Shown: positions 44,391 to 52,105 of the stretch, piece by piece
Layout: every line of letters begins with the position of its first letter
Position numbering within the stretch: the stretch's first letter is position 1
Assembly: GCA_012490745.1 (NCBI GenBank)
Contig: GCA_012490745.1_3925.1
Direction: 5' to 3' (one strand)
From: a phage
DNA length: 64,000 nt
The notes under the pieces: model-generated
Database searches by the model: none
Seen by the model: only the letters and a program-made list of their open reading frames with translations
What the model was told of the DNA's origin: nothing
Program-made: the position numbers and the translations under genes

Positions 44391-44473
44391 CGGGGCGTAT
44401 CTCAGCGGTCTTCTAAACCGCCGTTAACCGAGTAAGTGGAGTATGCGGGTTCGAGTCCTGCCGCCTCGACCAA
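44391..44473 (+). tRNA. atypical tRNA-like gene (possible Arg, anticodon TCT), D-arm irregular
   Basis: Good acceptor CGGGGCG/CGCCTCG, T-arm GCGGG-TTCGAGT-CCTGC and CCA; hairpin GCGGT-CTTCTAA-ACCGC; no canonical D-stem found. Confidence 0.35.
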
Positions 44474-44614
44474 TTTAGTTAGCAGATTACTTAGACGACC
44501 TAAGCGGGTCTTCCTGTAGGGAGGTGGTCTGTATCTCATGTTTTCCAGAACATGTAAATAATCTGAGAAGGGGCTTTACAGTGTTGAGATAATACGGTAA
44601 GCTTCGAATTATAG

Positions 44615-44699
44615 TATGGGACGATGTTAAGACTCTAAGGCATGAGCAACGGCCTCCAAAACCGTTTCAAAGGGGTTCAACTCCTCCGTCCCATGCCAA
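44615..44699 (+). tRNA. atypical tRNA, possibly Trp (CCA), about 7 extra nt before D-arm
   Basis: Perfect acceptor ATGGGAC/GTCCCAT + CCA; D-arm ACTC-TAAGGCAT-GAGC; anticodon arm ACGGC-CTCCAAA-ACCGT; T-loop TTCAACT. Confidence 0.4.
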
Positions 44700-44711
44700 A
44701 GTCTTATTAGG

Positions 44712-44799
44712 GGTAGGTAGCGGCTAATGGCAGCCAAACAGTCTTGAAAACTGTTGCCACTGTAGAGATACGGTGAGGGTTCGACTCCTTTACTTACCG
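44712..44799 (+). tRNA. tRNA-Ser (TGA), class II
   Basis: D-arm AGCGGCTAATGGCAGCC; anticodon stem ACAGT/ACTGT, loop CTTGAAA; about 20-nt variable arm; T-loop TTCGACT; no encoded CCA. Confidence 0.7.
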
Positions 44800-45058
44800 C
44801 CTAATAAGATTTTTAAAGCCAAGCTTCATTCGGATGTTGCTTTGGTATACCGCGTGTATTGTCGTACACACAGATAAAGCACCTAGTAGGTGTCACGGAG
44901 AAGAGATAATATCAAGCTCTCCAAAGGTTCTAGTCACCGGATTAAACAAGACTATGCAAAGGCCTTTTTAGGTCTTTTTAGAGGGCTTCTAAGGTTATTA
45001 CAGCTTGTTGTGGAACCTTGTTGCTTAGGTTCTTAGAAGTTCTCTAAAAAGATTTAAT

Positions 45059-45136
45059 GGGAGATTGACGGTAATTGGTAAACCTACCATCCTTAGAAGT
45101 TGGTGTTTGAGGGTTCGAATCCCTTGTCTCCTACCA
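45059..45136 (+). tRNA. tRNA, anticodon TAG (Leu?) but short variable arm, identity uncertain
   Basis: Acceptor GGGAGAT/GTCTCCT, anticodon loop CTTAGAA, T-arm GAGGG-TTCGAAT-CCCTT, CCA. Confidence 0.5.
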
Positions 45137-45143
45137 AATTAAT

Positions 45144-45219
45144 GCAGGTGTAGCAAAATGGTTATGCGGCTGACTCTTAATCAGTAAGACGATGGGTTCA
45201 ATTCCCTCCACCTGTACCA
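45144..45219 (+). tRNA. tRNA-Lys (CTT)
   Basis: Anticodon stem GCTGA/TCAGT, loop CTCTTAA; same bulged T-stem as the other Lys tRNA. Confidence 0.65.
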
Positions 45220-45225
45220 AACAAT

Positions 45226-45301
45226 GGGGATGTAGTTTACATGGTTAAAACATAAGTTTTGCAAACTTAAGTACAGGGTTCAATTCCCTGCTTCTCCACC
45301 A
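45226..45301 (+). tRNA. tRNA-Ala (TGC)
   Basis: Anticodon stem TAAGT/ACTTA, loop TTTGCAA; T-arm CAGGG-TTCAATT-CCCTG; CCA. Confidence 0.75.
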
Positions 45302-45307
45302 ATTAGT

Positions 45308-45382
45308 GCATCCATAGTTTAAACGGGAAAATTACAGTCTTCCAAACTGAGGTTGAGGGTTCGATTCCCTCTGGATGCTCCA
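45308..45382 (+). tRNA. tRNA-Gly (TCC)
   Basis: Perfect acceptor GCATCCA/TGGATGC; anticodon loop CTTCCAA; T-arm GAGGG-TTCGATT-CCCTC. Confidence 0.8.
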
Positions 45383-45388
45383 AACAAT

Positions 45389-45465
45389 GCTGCTTTCGTA
45401 TAATTGGCTATTACACATCCCTTGTAAGGATGGAAATGCAGGTTCGAGTCCTGTGAGCAGCACCA
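45389..45465 (+). tRNA. tRNA-Thr (TGT)
   Basis: Anticodon stem CATCC/GGATG, loop CTTGTAA; T-loop TTCGAGT. Confidence 0.8.
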
Positions 45466-45468
45466 ATT

Positions 45469-45556
45469 CAGAGGTCAAGTGAAAGACCGCTTTGAGTCAA
45501 CTGAAGACCGTAACAAATTCCACGGAGTTGAGTTAGCGGCACAACTCCAGACCTCT
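45469..45556 (+). ncRNA. divergent structured element (outer stem AGAGGTC/GACCTCT, inner hairpin GGAGTTG/CAACTCC; contains CTGAAGACCGT box)
   Basis: Two nested inverted repeats between tRNA-Thr and tRNA-Val. Confidence 0.35.
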
Positions 45557-45561
45557 TTCAT

Positions 45562-45636
45562 ACTCGCTTAGTTTATATGGTAAAACATCACCCTTACAAG
45601 ATGAAGAAAAAGGTTCAAGTCCTTTAGTGAGTACCA
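45562..45636 (+). tRNA. tRNA-Val (TAC)
   Basis: Acceptor ACTCGCT/AGTGAGT; anticodon loop CTTACAA; T-arm AAAGG-TTCAAGT-CCTTT. Confidence 0.7.
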
Positions 45637-45637
45637 T

Positions 45638-45715
45638 GTTCCAGTATCCCAATTGGCAGAGGATGCAAGCTCAAACCTTGTACTAGTGACGGTTCGAATC
45701 CGTCTTGGAACACCA
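45638..45715 (+). tRNA. tRNA, anticodon CAA (Leu?) with short variable arm, identity uncertain
   Basis: Acceptor GTTCCAG/TTGGAAC; anticodon stem GCAAG/CTTGT, loop CTCAAAC; T-arm GACGG-TTCGAAT-CCGTC. Confidence 0.5.
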
Positions 45716-45720
45716 ATTTT

Positions 45721-45796
45721 GCAGGATTAGTTCAAATGGATAGAGCAACAGTCTACGAAGCTGTTAATAGGGGTTCGAATCCCTTATCCTGCGCCA
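45721..45796 (+). tRNA. tRNA-Arg (ACG)
   Basis: Perfect acceptor GCAGGAT/ATCCTGC; anticodon loop CTACGAA; T-loop TTCGAAT. Confidence 0.8.
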
Positions 45797-45815
45797 ATTT
45801 AAAGAGGCTATTTAG

Positions 45816-46373
45816 ATGAGATATTTGAAGTATGCTTCATGGATTTTCTTAGCTTTGTTAGAGCCATTTGCAGCAATCTTAGCAGTTATCTTAGCACCTT
45901 TTGTAGTTCCATTCTACAGTGAGAAGAAAGGACACTTACCTTTCGGGTTCAGATGGATGGAGACATATGACAACCCAATTGATGGTGATGAAGGTCACGT
46001 TAAAAGATGGGCTAATATTAGATGGATTGGTAAACTAGGTGTCTACATGCAAAGAGTCGGATGGCTCTGGAGAAACAAAGCTTATAACTTCTCTTACCAT
46101 GTATTAGGAAGAGATGTAAGAGATGTTACTAAGTGGAAAGGTAATATCAACGTAAGTTCTGACCCCGAAGATAATCAGACAGGTTATCTCCTAATGTGGA
46201 ACAGTAATGCTTGGGGATTATTCGCTTTTATCCCATCAATTAAAATCTTTGGTAAACAGTTTTACTGGAGAATTTATATTGGATGGAAACTTAAAAGTGT
46301 TGTCCCAGAAGAAAGAGCATTCTCAAGGGAAAGAGTTATGTTGGCATTCTTTATTCATCCACTGAGAAAGTAA
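45816..46373 (+). CDS. hypothetical membrane protein embedded in tRNA array
   Basis: 185 aa; SD AGAGG 9 nt upstream; N-terminal hydrophobic helix (IFLALLEPFAAILAVILAPFVV). Confidence 0.5.
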   Translation: MRYLKYASWIFLALLEPFAAILAVILAPFVVPFYSEKKGHLPFGFRWMETYDNPIDGDEGHVKRWANIRWIGKLGVYMQRVGWLWRNKAYNFSYHVLGRDVRDVTKWKGNINVSSDPEDNQTGYLLMWNSNAWGLFAFIPSIKIFGKQFYWRIYIGWKLKSVVPEERAFSRERVMLAFFIHPLRK

Positions 46374-46381
46374 AGATTTAA

Positions 46382-46457
46382 AGGGGATTAGTTTACAAGG
46401 TTAAAACCTCGGTCTTTGAAATCGAAGAAGTTGGTTCAATTCCAACATCCCCCGCCA
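46382..46457 (+). tRNA. tRNA-Gln (TTG)
   Basis: Anticodon stem TCGGT/ATCGA, loop CTTTGAA; T-arm GTTGG-TTCAATT-CCAAC. Confidence 0.7.
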
Positions 46458-46459
46458 AT

Positions 46460-46538
46460 GCTCCATTACTCCAATTGGCAGAGAGGCCAGACTTAAAATC
46501 TGTGTTATGTATCGGTTCGAATCCGATATGGAGTACCA
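46460..46538 (+). tRNA. tRNA, anticodon TAA (Leu?) with short variable arm, identity uncertain
   Basis: Acceptor GCTCCAT/ATGGAGT; anticodon loop CTTAAAA; T-arm ATCGG-TTCGAAT-CCGAT. Confidence 0.5.
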
Positions 46539-46543
46539 AATTT

Positions 46544-46619
46544 AGCGGTATAGCATAACTGGCAATGCAACAGTCTCTGAAGCTGTCCTATTAAGGTTCA
46601 AATCCTTATGCCGCTGCCA
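46544..46619 (+). tRNA. tRNA-Gln (CTG)
   Basis: Anticodon stem ACAGT/GCTGT, loop CTCTGAA; T-arm TAAGG-TTCAAAT-CCTTA. Confidence 0.6.
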
Positions 46620-46650
46620 CTTCTAAGGATTCTTACGAGAGTCCTTAAAT

Positions 46651-46726
46651 GTGGCCTTATCATAAAAGGTAATGACCCATGCTGTGAACATGGTCTATAC
46701 GGGTTCAAATCCCGTAGGTCACCCCA
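46651..46726 (+). tRNA. tRNA-His (GTG)
   Basis: Anticodon stem CCATG/CATGG, loop CTGTGAA; T-arm ACGGG-TTCAAAT-CCCGT. Confidence 0.8.
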
Positions 46727-46731
46727 ATTTA

Positions 46732-46808
46732 TAGTCCAAGTAGCTTATATGGTTAAAGCGCGTGTCTGAAAAACATGAGAAGAGGGTTCAAATCCCACTG
46801 GACTACCA
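46732..46808 (+). tRNA. tRNA-Phe (GAA)
   Basis: Anticodon stem CGTGT/ACATG, loop CTGAAAA; T-loop TTCAAAT. Confidence 0.7.
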
Positions 46809-46824
46809 ATTTCAAAGGTGCTTA

Positions 46825-47559
46825 ATGAAAGAGATGACAGAACAAGGTAAGGAGATTTTTAATCTCTTAAAAACTGGTAAAGGGTTTTCTAACCCCCTTA
46901 TTACTGGTGCAGCAGTTCTCGGTGGAACCGTAGCTGCCTCTACATCACTTGTAAGCTCTATTAGCTCTGTATCAGACCCTACAGTAAAGGATAAGCTTGT
47001 TGCTGCTGGACTTACAACAGTTCTGCTTAACAGCTTTACCACGAGTCTGACAAGCACTACATCAACTACCAAAACACTAACAGATTACGGTCAAAAGTCC
47101 ATTGATGAGTTTTCATCACGTATGCAGGTAGCAAAAGGTTATTCTAATGTTATGGGTGCAGCAGGTGAACAAGTTGGCTGTACACCATTTAGTGGTATTA
47201 TGGGTGTTGCTACAGAGTATGGTCAAAAAGCTATTGATACGATTAACAGTACACTAGATAGTGTTAATGGTGTGTTAAGTGACTTACAAGATGCTATTGA
47301 TAAGGGTCTTGATACTGTTTCTGATTTAGCTAATCAGGCTGTTAGCAAGATTAATGAAGGTATCTCAAAGATTACAGCTTATGCAGATGAAGTTGTGCAG
47401 ATGATTGAAGAAGAAGCTGCCCTTATTGCAGAGTACCTTAAAACGAATATCAATGGGTTCTTAGCAGGTATCTTACCAGACTGGTTTGATGATGCTTGTA
47501 AAACTGGTGTGATTGACACTATTGCAACACCAGAAATGAAGAACGCATTACAGAAATAA
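46825..47559 (+). CDS. hypothetical Ser/Thr-rich protein
   Basis: About 244 aa from ATG 46825 (SD AAAGG); the track start 46762 would overlap tRNA-Phe. Confidence 0.45.
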   Translation: MKEMTEQGKEIFNLLKTGKGFSNPLITGAAVLGGTVAASTSLVSSISSVSDPTVKDKLVAAGLTTVLLNSFTTSLTSTTSTTKTLTDYGQKSIDEFSSRMQVAKGYSNVMGAAGEQVGCTPFSGIMGVATEYGQKAIDTINSTLDSVNGVLSDLQDAIDKGLDTVSDLANQAVSKINEGISKITAYADEVVQMIEEEAALIAEYLKTNINGFLAGILPDWFDDACKTGVIDTIATPEMKNALQK

Positions 47560-47560
47560 T

Positions 47561-47653
47561 GGAAGATTAACCCTAAAAGGTAAGGGAGCAGTTTGCTAAA
47601 CTGCCAGTAGCTGAGAAATCGGTGTACCAGTTCAAGTCTGGTATCTTCCTCCA
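47561..47653 (+). tRNA. tRNA-Ser (GCT), class II
   Basis: Perfect acceptor GGAAGAT/ATCTTCC; anticodon stem GCAGT/ACTGC, loop TTGCTAA; long variable arm; T-arm TACCAG-TTCAAGT-CTGGTA. Confidence 0.8.
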
Positions 47654-47657
47654 ATTT

Positions 47658-47733
47658 GAATCCGTGACAGAAATGGCTATGTGCCTGTCTGCAAAACAGG
47701 TTTATAAGGGTTCGAGTCCCTTCGGATTCTCCA
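47658..47733 (+). tRNA. tRNA-Cys (GCA)
   Basis: Perfect acceptor GAATCCG/CGGATTC; anticodon stem CCTGT/ACAGG, loop CTGCAAA; T-arm AAGGG-TTCGAGT-CCCTT. Confidence 0.8.
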
Positions 47734-47770
47734 AGTTATTTTACTCTCTCTCAATTAAAATAATAATAAT

Positions 47771-47830
47771 GCCCTGCTATAAGTATTCTTCCTTTCGCTA
47801 CCGAAGAGTATTTTTAGACAGGGCTTTTTT
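47771..47830 (+). terminator. rho-independent terminator closing the tRNA array
   Basis: Long hairpin GCCCTG...CAGGGC followed by TTTTTT. Confidence 0.6.
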
Positions 47831-47955
47831 ACAGAGCTATACTTTATAAGAAGACTTATACAGTATGTCTCTGACGTACATTGTGGTTTCTCCTTGACGG
47901 TCTCTGTGCCGTCTTTTTTAAGGGGAAACATGGTTAATTATTTGGAGAAAACATA

Positions 47956-48156
47956 ATGAGCGAGACCGTTTATAAAGAACTTTATGAAGCTAACAAGAAG
48001 CTAGAATTTATGCAGAATACTATCATGGCAATTGCAGACAGATTATCTGTAGCAACAGGCATTGATATTAAAGAAGCATCTATGGATGCACTTCTTGATG
48101 CTGTTGATGCAAAGTTCGAAGTTAAGAAAGAAGAGACTGCTACAGACTCTGAATAA
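47956..48156 (+). CDS. hypothetical small protein upstream of terminase (possible small terminase subunit or accessory)
   Basis: 66 aa; position only. Confidence 0.3.
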   Translation: MSETVYKELYEANKKLEFMQNTIMAIADRLSVATGIDIKEASMDALLDAVDAKFEVKKEETATDSE

Positions 48157-48177
48157 TTCTATTTGCGGAGGTGCTTA

Positions 48178-49779
48178 ATGGACTTAAATGCTGTTAAGCA
48201 GAAGCGAGTGGAAGATGTTAGGAAAGTCCTAGCTGGAGAGTTGGGGCTTTCTGATGAAGTAAAAGAAATTATCAAATCATTCGGTAAAGACCCCTCTAAA
48301 TTCCTTCCAACTCAAATTCTGACTTTATTAAGATACACACCAGACCAAGTTAGACTTATCTTCAAATTGATGACTGATAAGAACTATGTAGCCCCTCAGC
48401 CGGGTTCTCAAGAGGTCTTTTTAAATACTAATGCTGACTTGGTTCTCTATGGTGGTGCTGCGGGTGCTGGTAAGACTGCTGCATTGTTAATGGACTCTTT
48501 AAGGTTTATTGAAGACCCTAACTATAATGCTGTATATTTCCGTCGAAATACAACACAGTTACAAGGTGGTTTATGGCCTGCTGCAAAGAAACTATTTGGT
48601 AAGTTTGGTGGGGTTCCTCACGAGCAGAAGATGACTATCACATTCCCTTCTGGGGCAACTATCAAGTTTACCTATCTAGAACTTGAAAAGCACGCTGAAG
48701 GTCATCAGGGTATTGAATACTCAGCTATTTACTTTGACGAAGGTACACACTTCTCTGCTTCACAGATTTCATACCTACAGACTCGTCTACGTTCTGGGGC
48801 TGAAGGTGATTCATACATGAAGATTTCTATGAACCCAGACAGAGACCACTTTATTTACGATTGGGTAGAACCATTCTTAGATGAAGAAGGTTATCCAGAC
48901 CCTGAAAAGTGTGGTCGTATTCGTTGGTATGTAATGAATGACGGTGTGATGGTTTCTGATTGGGAGAGAGACAAGATTCTTGAAATGTTCCCTCTTGAGA
49001 TTCCTCAAACATACACCTTTATCTCTGGTACGATTGATGATAACCCAATCCTTGACTTCTTAGAGCCTAAGTACCGTGGTAAGTTGGAAAACAACACCCC
49101 TGTAAACGTTGCAAGACTTCGTTTCGGTAACTGGAAGGCTCGTGCAGAAGGTTCAAACTATTGGCAAAGACAATGGTGTGAGATTGTTGATTCACTCCCA
49201 GAAGATGTATTCGATGTTAGAGCATGGGACTTAGCAGCAACTTTACCATCTGAGGTTAACCCTAATCCAGACTGGACAGCAGGTGTTAAGATGGGTAAAT
49301 CTAAAAAAGACGGTTGCTATTATATCATTGATGTAGTAAGATTTAGAGATAGACCCTCTGGAGTCGAAACACAAATTAATTTGACTGCTGAAAGTGACGG
49401 TAAGCGAACTGGTATTTTTATCCCTCAAGACCCAGGCGCTGCTGGTAAATCCTACGCAACATCCCTCATCAGGAAACTTGCCGAGAAAGGCTATCGTGCA
49501 AGAGCTAAACCAACAAATAAAGATAAAGTTACCCGCTTTGCGGGATTTTCTGCTGCTTCTGAAGCTGGACTTGTAAAAGTCTTGAGAGGTAGTTGGAATG
49601 AAGCTTACTTTCAAGAGCTTGAAGGCTTTTGTGGTGATGGCAAAACTAAAGATGACCAAGTGGATGCTACCAGTGATGCTTTCAACAGTCTTAACGAAGT
49701 TAAATTATTCAAGCCACCATCAATGGGTGCTCACACAGACTTAGTGAGGGGAAACCCATATGAGGGGCTTAGACGTTGA
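48178..49779 (+). CDS. terminase large subunit
   Basis: About 533 aa from ATG 48178 (SD GGAGG); Walker A-like LVLYGGAAGAGKT; C-terminal nuclease-like acidic motifs; precedes portal. Confidence 0.8.
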   Translation: MDLNAVKQKRVEDVRKVLAGELGLSDEVKEIIKSFGKDPSKFLPTQILTLLRYTPDQVRLIFKLMTDKNYVAPQPGSQEVFLNTNADLVLYGGAAGAGKTAALLMDSLRFIEDPNYNAVYFRRNTTQLQGGLWPAAKKLFGKFGGVPHEQKMTITFPSGATIKFTYLELEKHAEGHQGIEYSAIYFDEGTHFSASQISYLQTRLRSGAEGDSYMKISMNPDRDHFIYDWVEPFLDEEGYPDPEKCGRIRWYVMNDGVMVSDWERDKILEMFPLEIPQTYTFISGTIDDNPILDFLEPKYRGKLENNTPVNVARLRFGNWKARAEGSNYWQRQWCEIVDSLPEDVFDVRAWDLAATLPSEVNPNPDWTAGVKMGKSKKDGCYYIIDVVRFRDRPSGVETQINLTAESDGKRTGIFIPQDPGAAGKSYATSLIRKLAEKGYRARAKPTNKDKVTRFAGFSAASEAGLVKVLRGSWNEAYFQELEGFCGDGKTKDDQVDATSDAFNSLNEVKLFKPPSMGAHTDLVRGNPYEGLRR

Positions 49780-49795
49780 TAGCTAGGTGAGAAGA

Positions 49796-51262
49796 ATGGC
49801 AGATATTACAGAAACACAAGAAAGCTTACCACCATTTAGAATGGGTGAAGTAGGTTCTTTGGGTCTGAAGGTTAAGAATGGAAGAATCTATGAAGAACCT
49901 CGTCAGGCACTAAGGTTCCCTGAAAGTATTAAAACTTTCCAATTAATGATGCGTGACCCTGCTGTAGCAGCATCTGTAAATATTATTAAGATGTTTGTCA
50001 GAAAAGTCAACTGGAGATTCGTACCTCCAAAGGGAAAAGAGCAAGACCCTAAAATGCTTGAAAGAGCAGACTTCTTTAATTCTTTAATGGATGACATGGA
50101 GCATGATTGGGCAGATTTTATTAATTCTGTAATGTCATTCTGCACTTATGGGTTCTGTGTTAACGAGAAAGTTTATAAGAAGCGACAGGGTAAAAAAGGA
50201 AAGTACCAGTCAAAATTTGATGATGGTCTAATTGGATGGGCTAAATTACCAATCAGAAACCAATCAACACTTGATAAGTGGTATTTTGACGAAGACTTTA
50301 GAAAAGTTACTGGTGTCAGACAGAATCTGAGAAATGTTTCACATATTGCTGGAGCAATTAATCTTGGAGAGAGACCATTAACAAGAAAACTTCCACGAGC
50401 TAAATTCATGCTGTTTAAGTATGACGATGAATATGGAAACCCAGAAGGTCGTTCACCATTACTCAATGCCTATGTACCGTGGAAGTATAAAGTTCAGATT
50501 GAAGAGTACGAAGCTGTTGGTGTTTCAAGAGACTTGGTAGGTATGCCAAAAATTGGTTTACCACCAGATTATCTGGATGAAAATGCAGAACCTGAAAAGA
50601 AAGCTTTCGTACAATACTGCAAAACTGTTGTTAACGATATGATTGCTAACGATAGAGCAGGTTTAATCTGGCCTAGATATATCGACCCAGATACTAAAGA
50701 GGATATTTTCGAGTTCTCATTAGTTTCTAGACAGGGTGCTAAAGCATACGATACAGGTTCTATTATTGACAGATATTCCAAGCAGATTATGATGGCATTT
50801 ATGTCAGATGTTCTTGCTATGGGTCAGTCAAAATATGGTTCATTCTCTCTTGCAGATTCTAAGACGAGTTTACTAGCAATGTCAGTAGATATTCTGCTGA
50901 AGCAAATTAAGAACGTAATTAACCGTGATTTAGTTGCACAGACTTATGCTCTTAATATGTGGGATGATGAAGAACATGTACAAATCACATATGATGATAT
51001 CGAAACTCCAGACCTTGAAGCAATTGGTTCTTATATTCAGAAGACTGTTGCAGTAGGTGCTTTGGAAGTTGACAAAGAGCTATCTAACAAACTTAGAGAG
51101 CATATTGGTCTCCCTCCTGCTGATGAGTCTCAGCCAGTATCTGAAAAGCTTTCTCCAAATAGCCAAAGCCGCTCAGGAGATGGTTATAAGACCGCTGGAG
51201 AAGGTACTGCAAAGACACCTTCAGCGAAAGACCCAAGCACAGCAAATAAGGCAAATAAATAA
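49796..51262 (+). CDS. portal protein
   Basis: About 488 aa directly after terminase; ATG 49796 preferred over the track GTG 49787. Confidence 0.55.
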   Translation: MADITETQESLPPFRMGEVGSLGLKVKNGRIYEEPRQALRFPESIKTFQLMMRDPAVAASVNIIKMFVRKVNWRFVPPKGKEQDPKMLERADFFNSLMDDMEHDWADFINSVMSFCTYGFCVNEKVYKKRQGKKGKYQSKFDDGLIGWAKLPIRNQSTLDKWYFDEDFRKVTGVRQNLRNVSHIAGAINLGERPLTRKLPRAKFMLFKYDDEYGNPEGRSPLLNAYVPWKYKVQIEEYEAVGVSRDLVGMPKIGLPPDYLDENAEPEKKAFVQYCKTVVNDMIANDRAGLIWPRYIDPDTKEDIFEFSLVSRQGAKAYDTGSIIDRYSKQIMMAFMSDVLAMGQSKYGSFSLADSKTSLLAMSVDILLKQIKNVINRDLVAQTYALNMWDDEEHVQITYDDIETPDLEAIGSYIQKTVAVGALEVDKELSNKLREHIGLPPADESQPVSEKLSPNSQSRSGDGYKTAGEGTAKTPSAKDPSTANKANK

Positions 51263-51762
51263 TGGCTGAAGTTATCTCTATTTCAAATGCTACACGAGTG
51301 CATTCGTATAGGGGTGTCCTTATCATTACTGACAAGTTATCTGTAGAGGCTGGCTCAAGGGTCAGTCTTTCAGGTTATGTAAGTGATGGTGGAACCTCTG
51401 ACGTTTTCACTATTTGCAGGTTACTTGATGCACCAATGAGTGGAAAACCGTTTATTTTAGGAAATTGTAGTGAAATTGTTAAAATTCCATTTGACAGTTC
51501 ATGCCTTTTGGGTGTAAAGTTATATAACTGCGAGAATAAACGTATCAATGTTAATAGCATTGAAGCCGCTTTCATTACCCTCGACACTGCATTTCAATCT
51601 CCAATGACAGTTAATAAAGAAACAAACAGACTTGAATACATTTTTTCACAAAATGATTACAAAGTACTTGTCAAAGGTAAAGTATATGCTATGATTGTAA
51701 ATGTGGTAGATGAATCTGGTAACCATTCAACAGTCCTTAAACAAAAAGTAAGGTTTAATTAA
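51262..51762 (+). CDS. hypothetical virion-associated protein
   Basis: 166-aa ORF between portal and protease. Confidence 0.4.
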   Translation: MAEVISISNATRVHSYRGVLIITDKLSVEAGSRVSLSGYVSDGGTSDVFTICRLLDAPMSGKPFILGNCSEIVKIPFDSSCLLGVKLYNCENKRINVNSIEAAFITLDTAFQSPMTVNKETNRLEYIFSQNDYKVLVKGKVYAMIVNVVDESGNHSTVLKQKVRFN

Positions 51763-52094
51763 TGGGAACATTAACTATTGATGGTAAGAATAAAATCCTC
51801 GCCACGCTAAACCCAACGACTATTATTTTACACAATGTAGACCCAACGGCAGACCCTACAGCAAATAAGGTTACTCAGCCAGTGGCTATTTATTTTTCTG
51901 AACCGGATAATGGCTTAATTGCCTCAGAAGACACAGTTAATATTACTGTTCCAGCTTCTGCAACGGTCTCACACTATAGCTTGTGGGATGCTAACGATAA
52001 ATGCGTGGCAACTGGTGCTCTTAGCAAACCTCAATTCTTTGCTGAAGAAGGTATCTATGTTATCTCTTCAGTCTCTGTAGATTTAAACAAATAG
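51762..52094 (+). CDS. hypothetical virion-associated protein
   Basis: 110-aa ORF, coupled start. Confidence 0.4.
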   Translation: MGTLTIDGKNKILATLNPTTIILHNVDPTADPTANKVTQPVAIYFSEPDNGLIASEDTVNITVPASATVSHYSLWDANDKCVATGALSKPQFFAEEGIYVISSVSVDLNK

Positions 52095-52105
52095 GGTGAG
52101 TAAAA

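Noticed and set aside
12756-49795. Track start codons using TTG/GTG (12756, 26867, 49787) or placed far upstream (5397, 5675, 23151, 30388, 46762, 48163)
   Set aside because: Downstream ATG codons with properly spaced SD sequences (12771, 26882, 49796, 5481, 5735, 23229, 30433, 46825, 48178) fit the conserved cassette leaders and avoid overlaps with tRNA or upstream genes.
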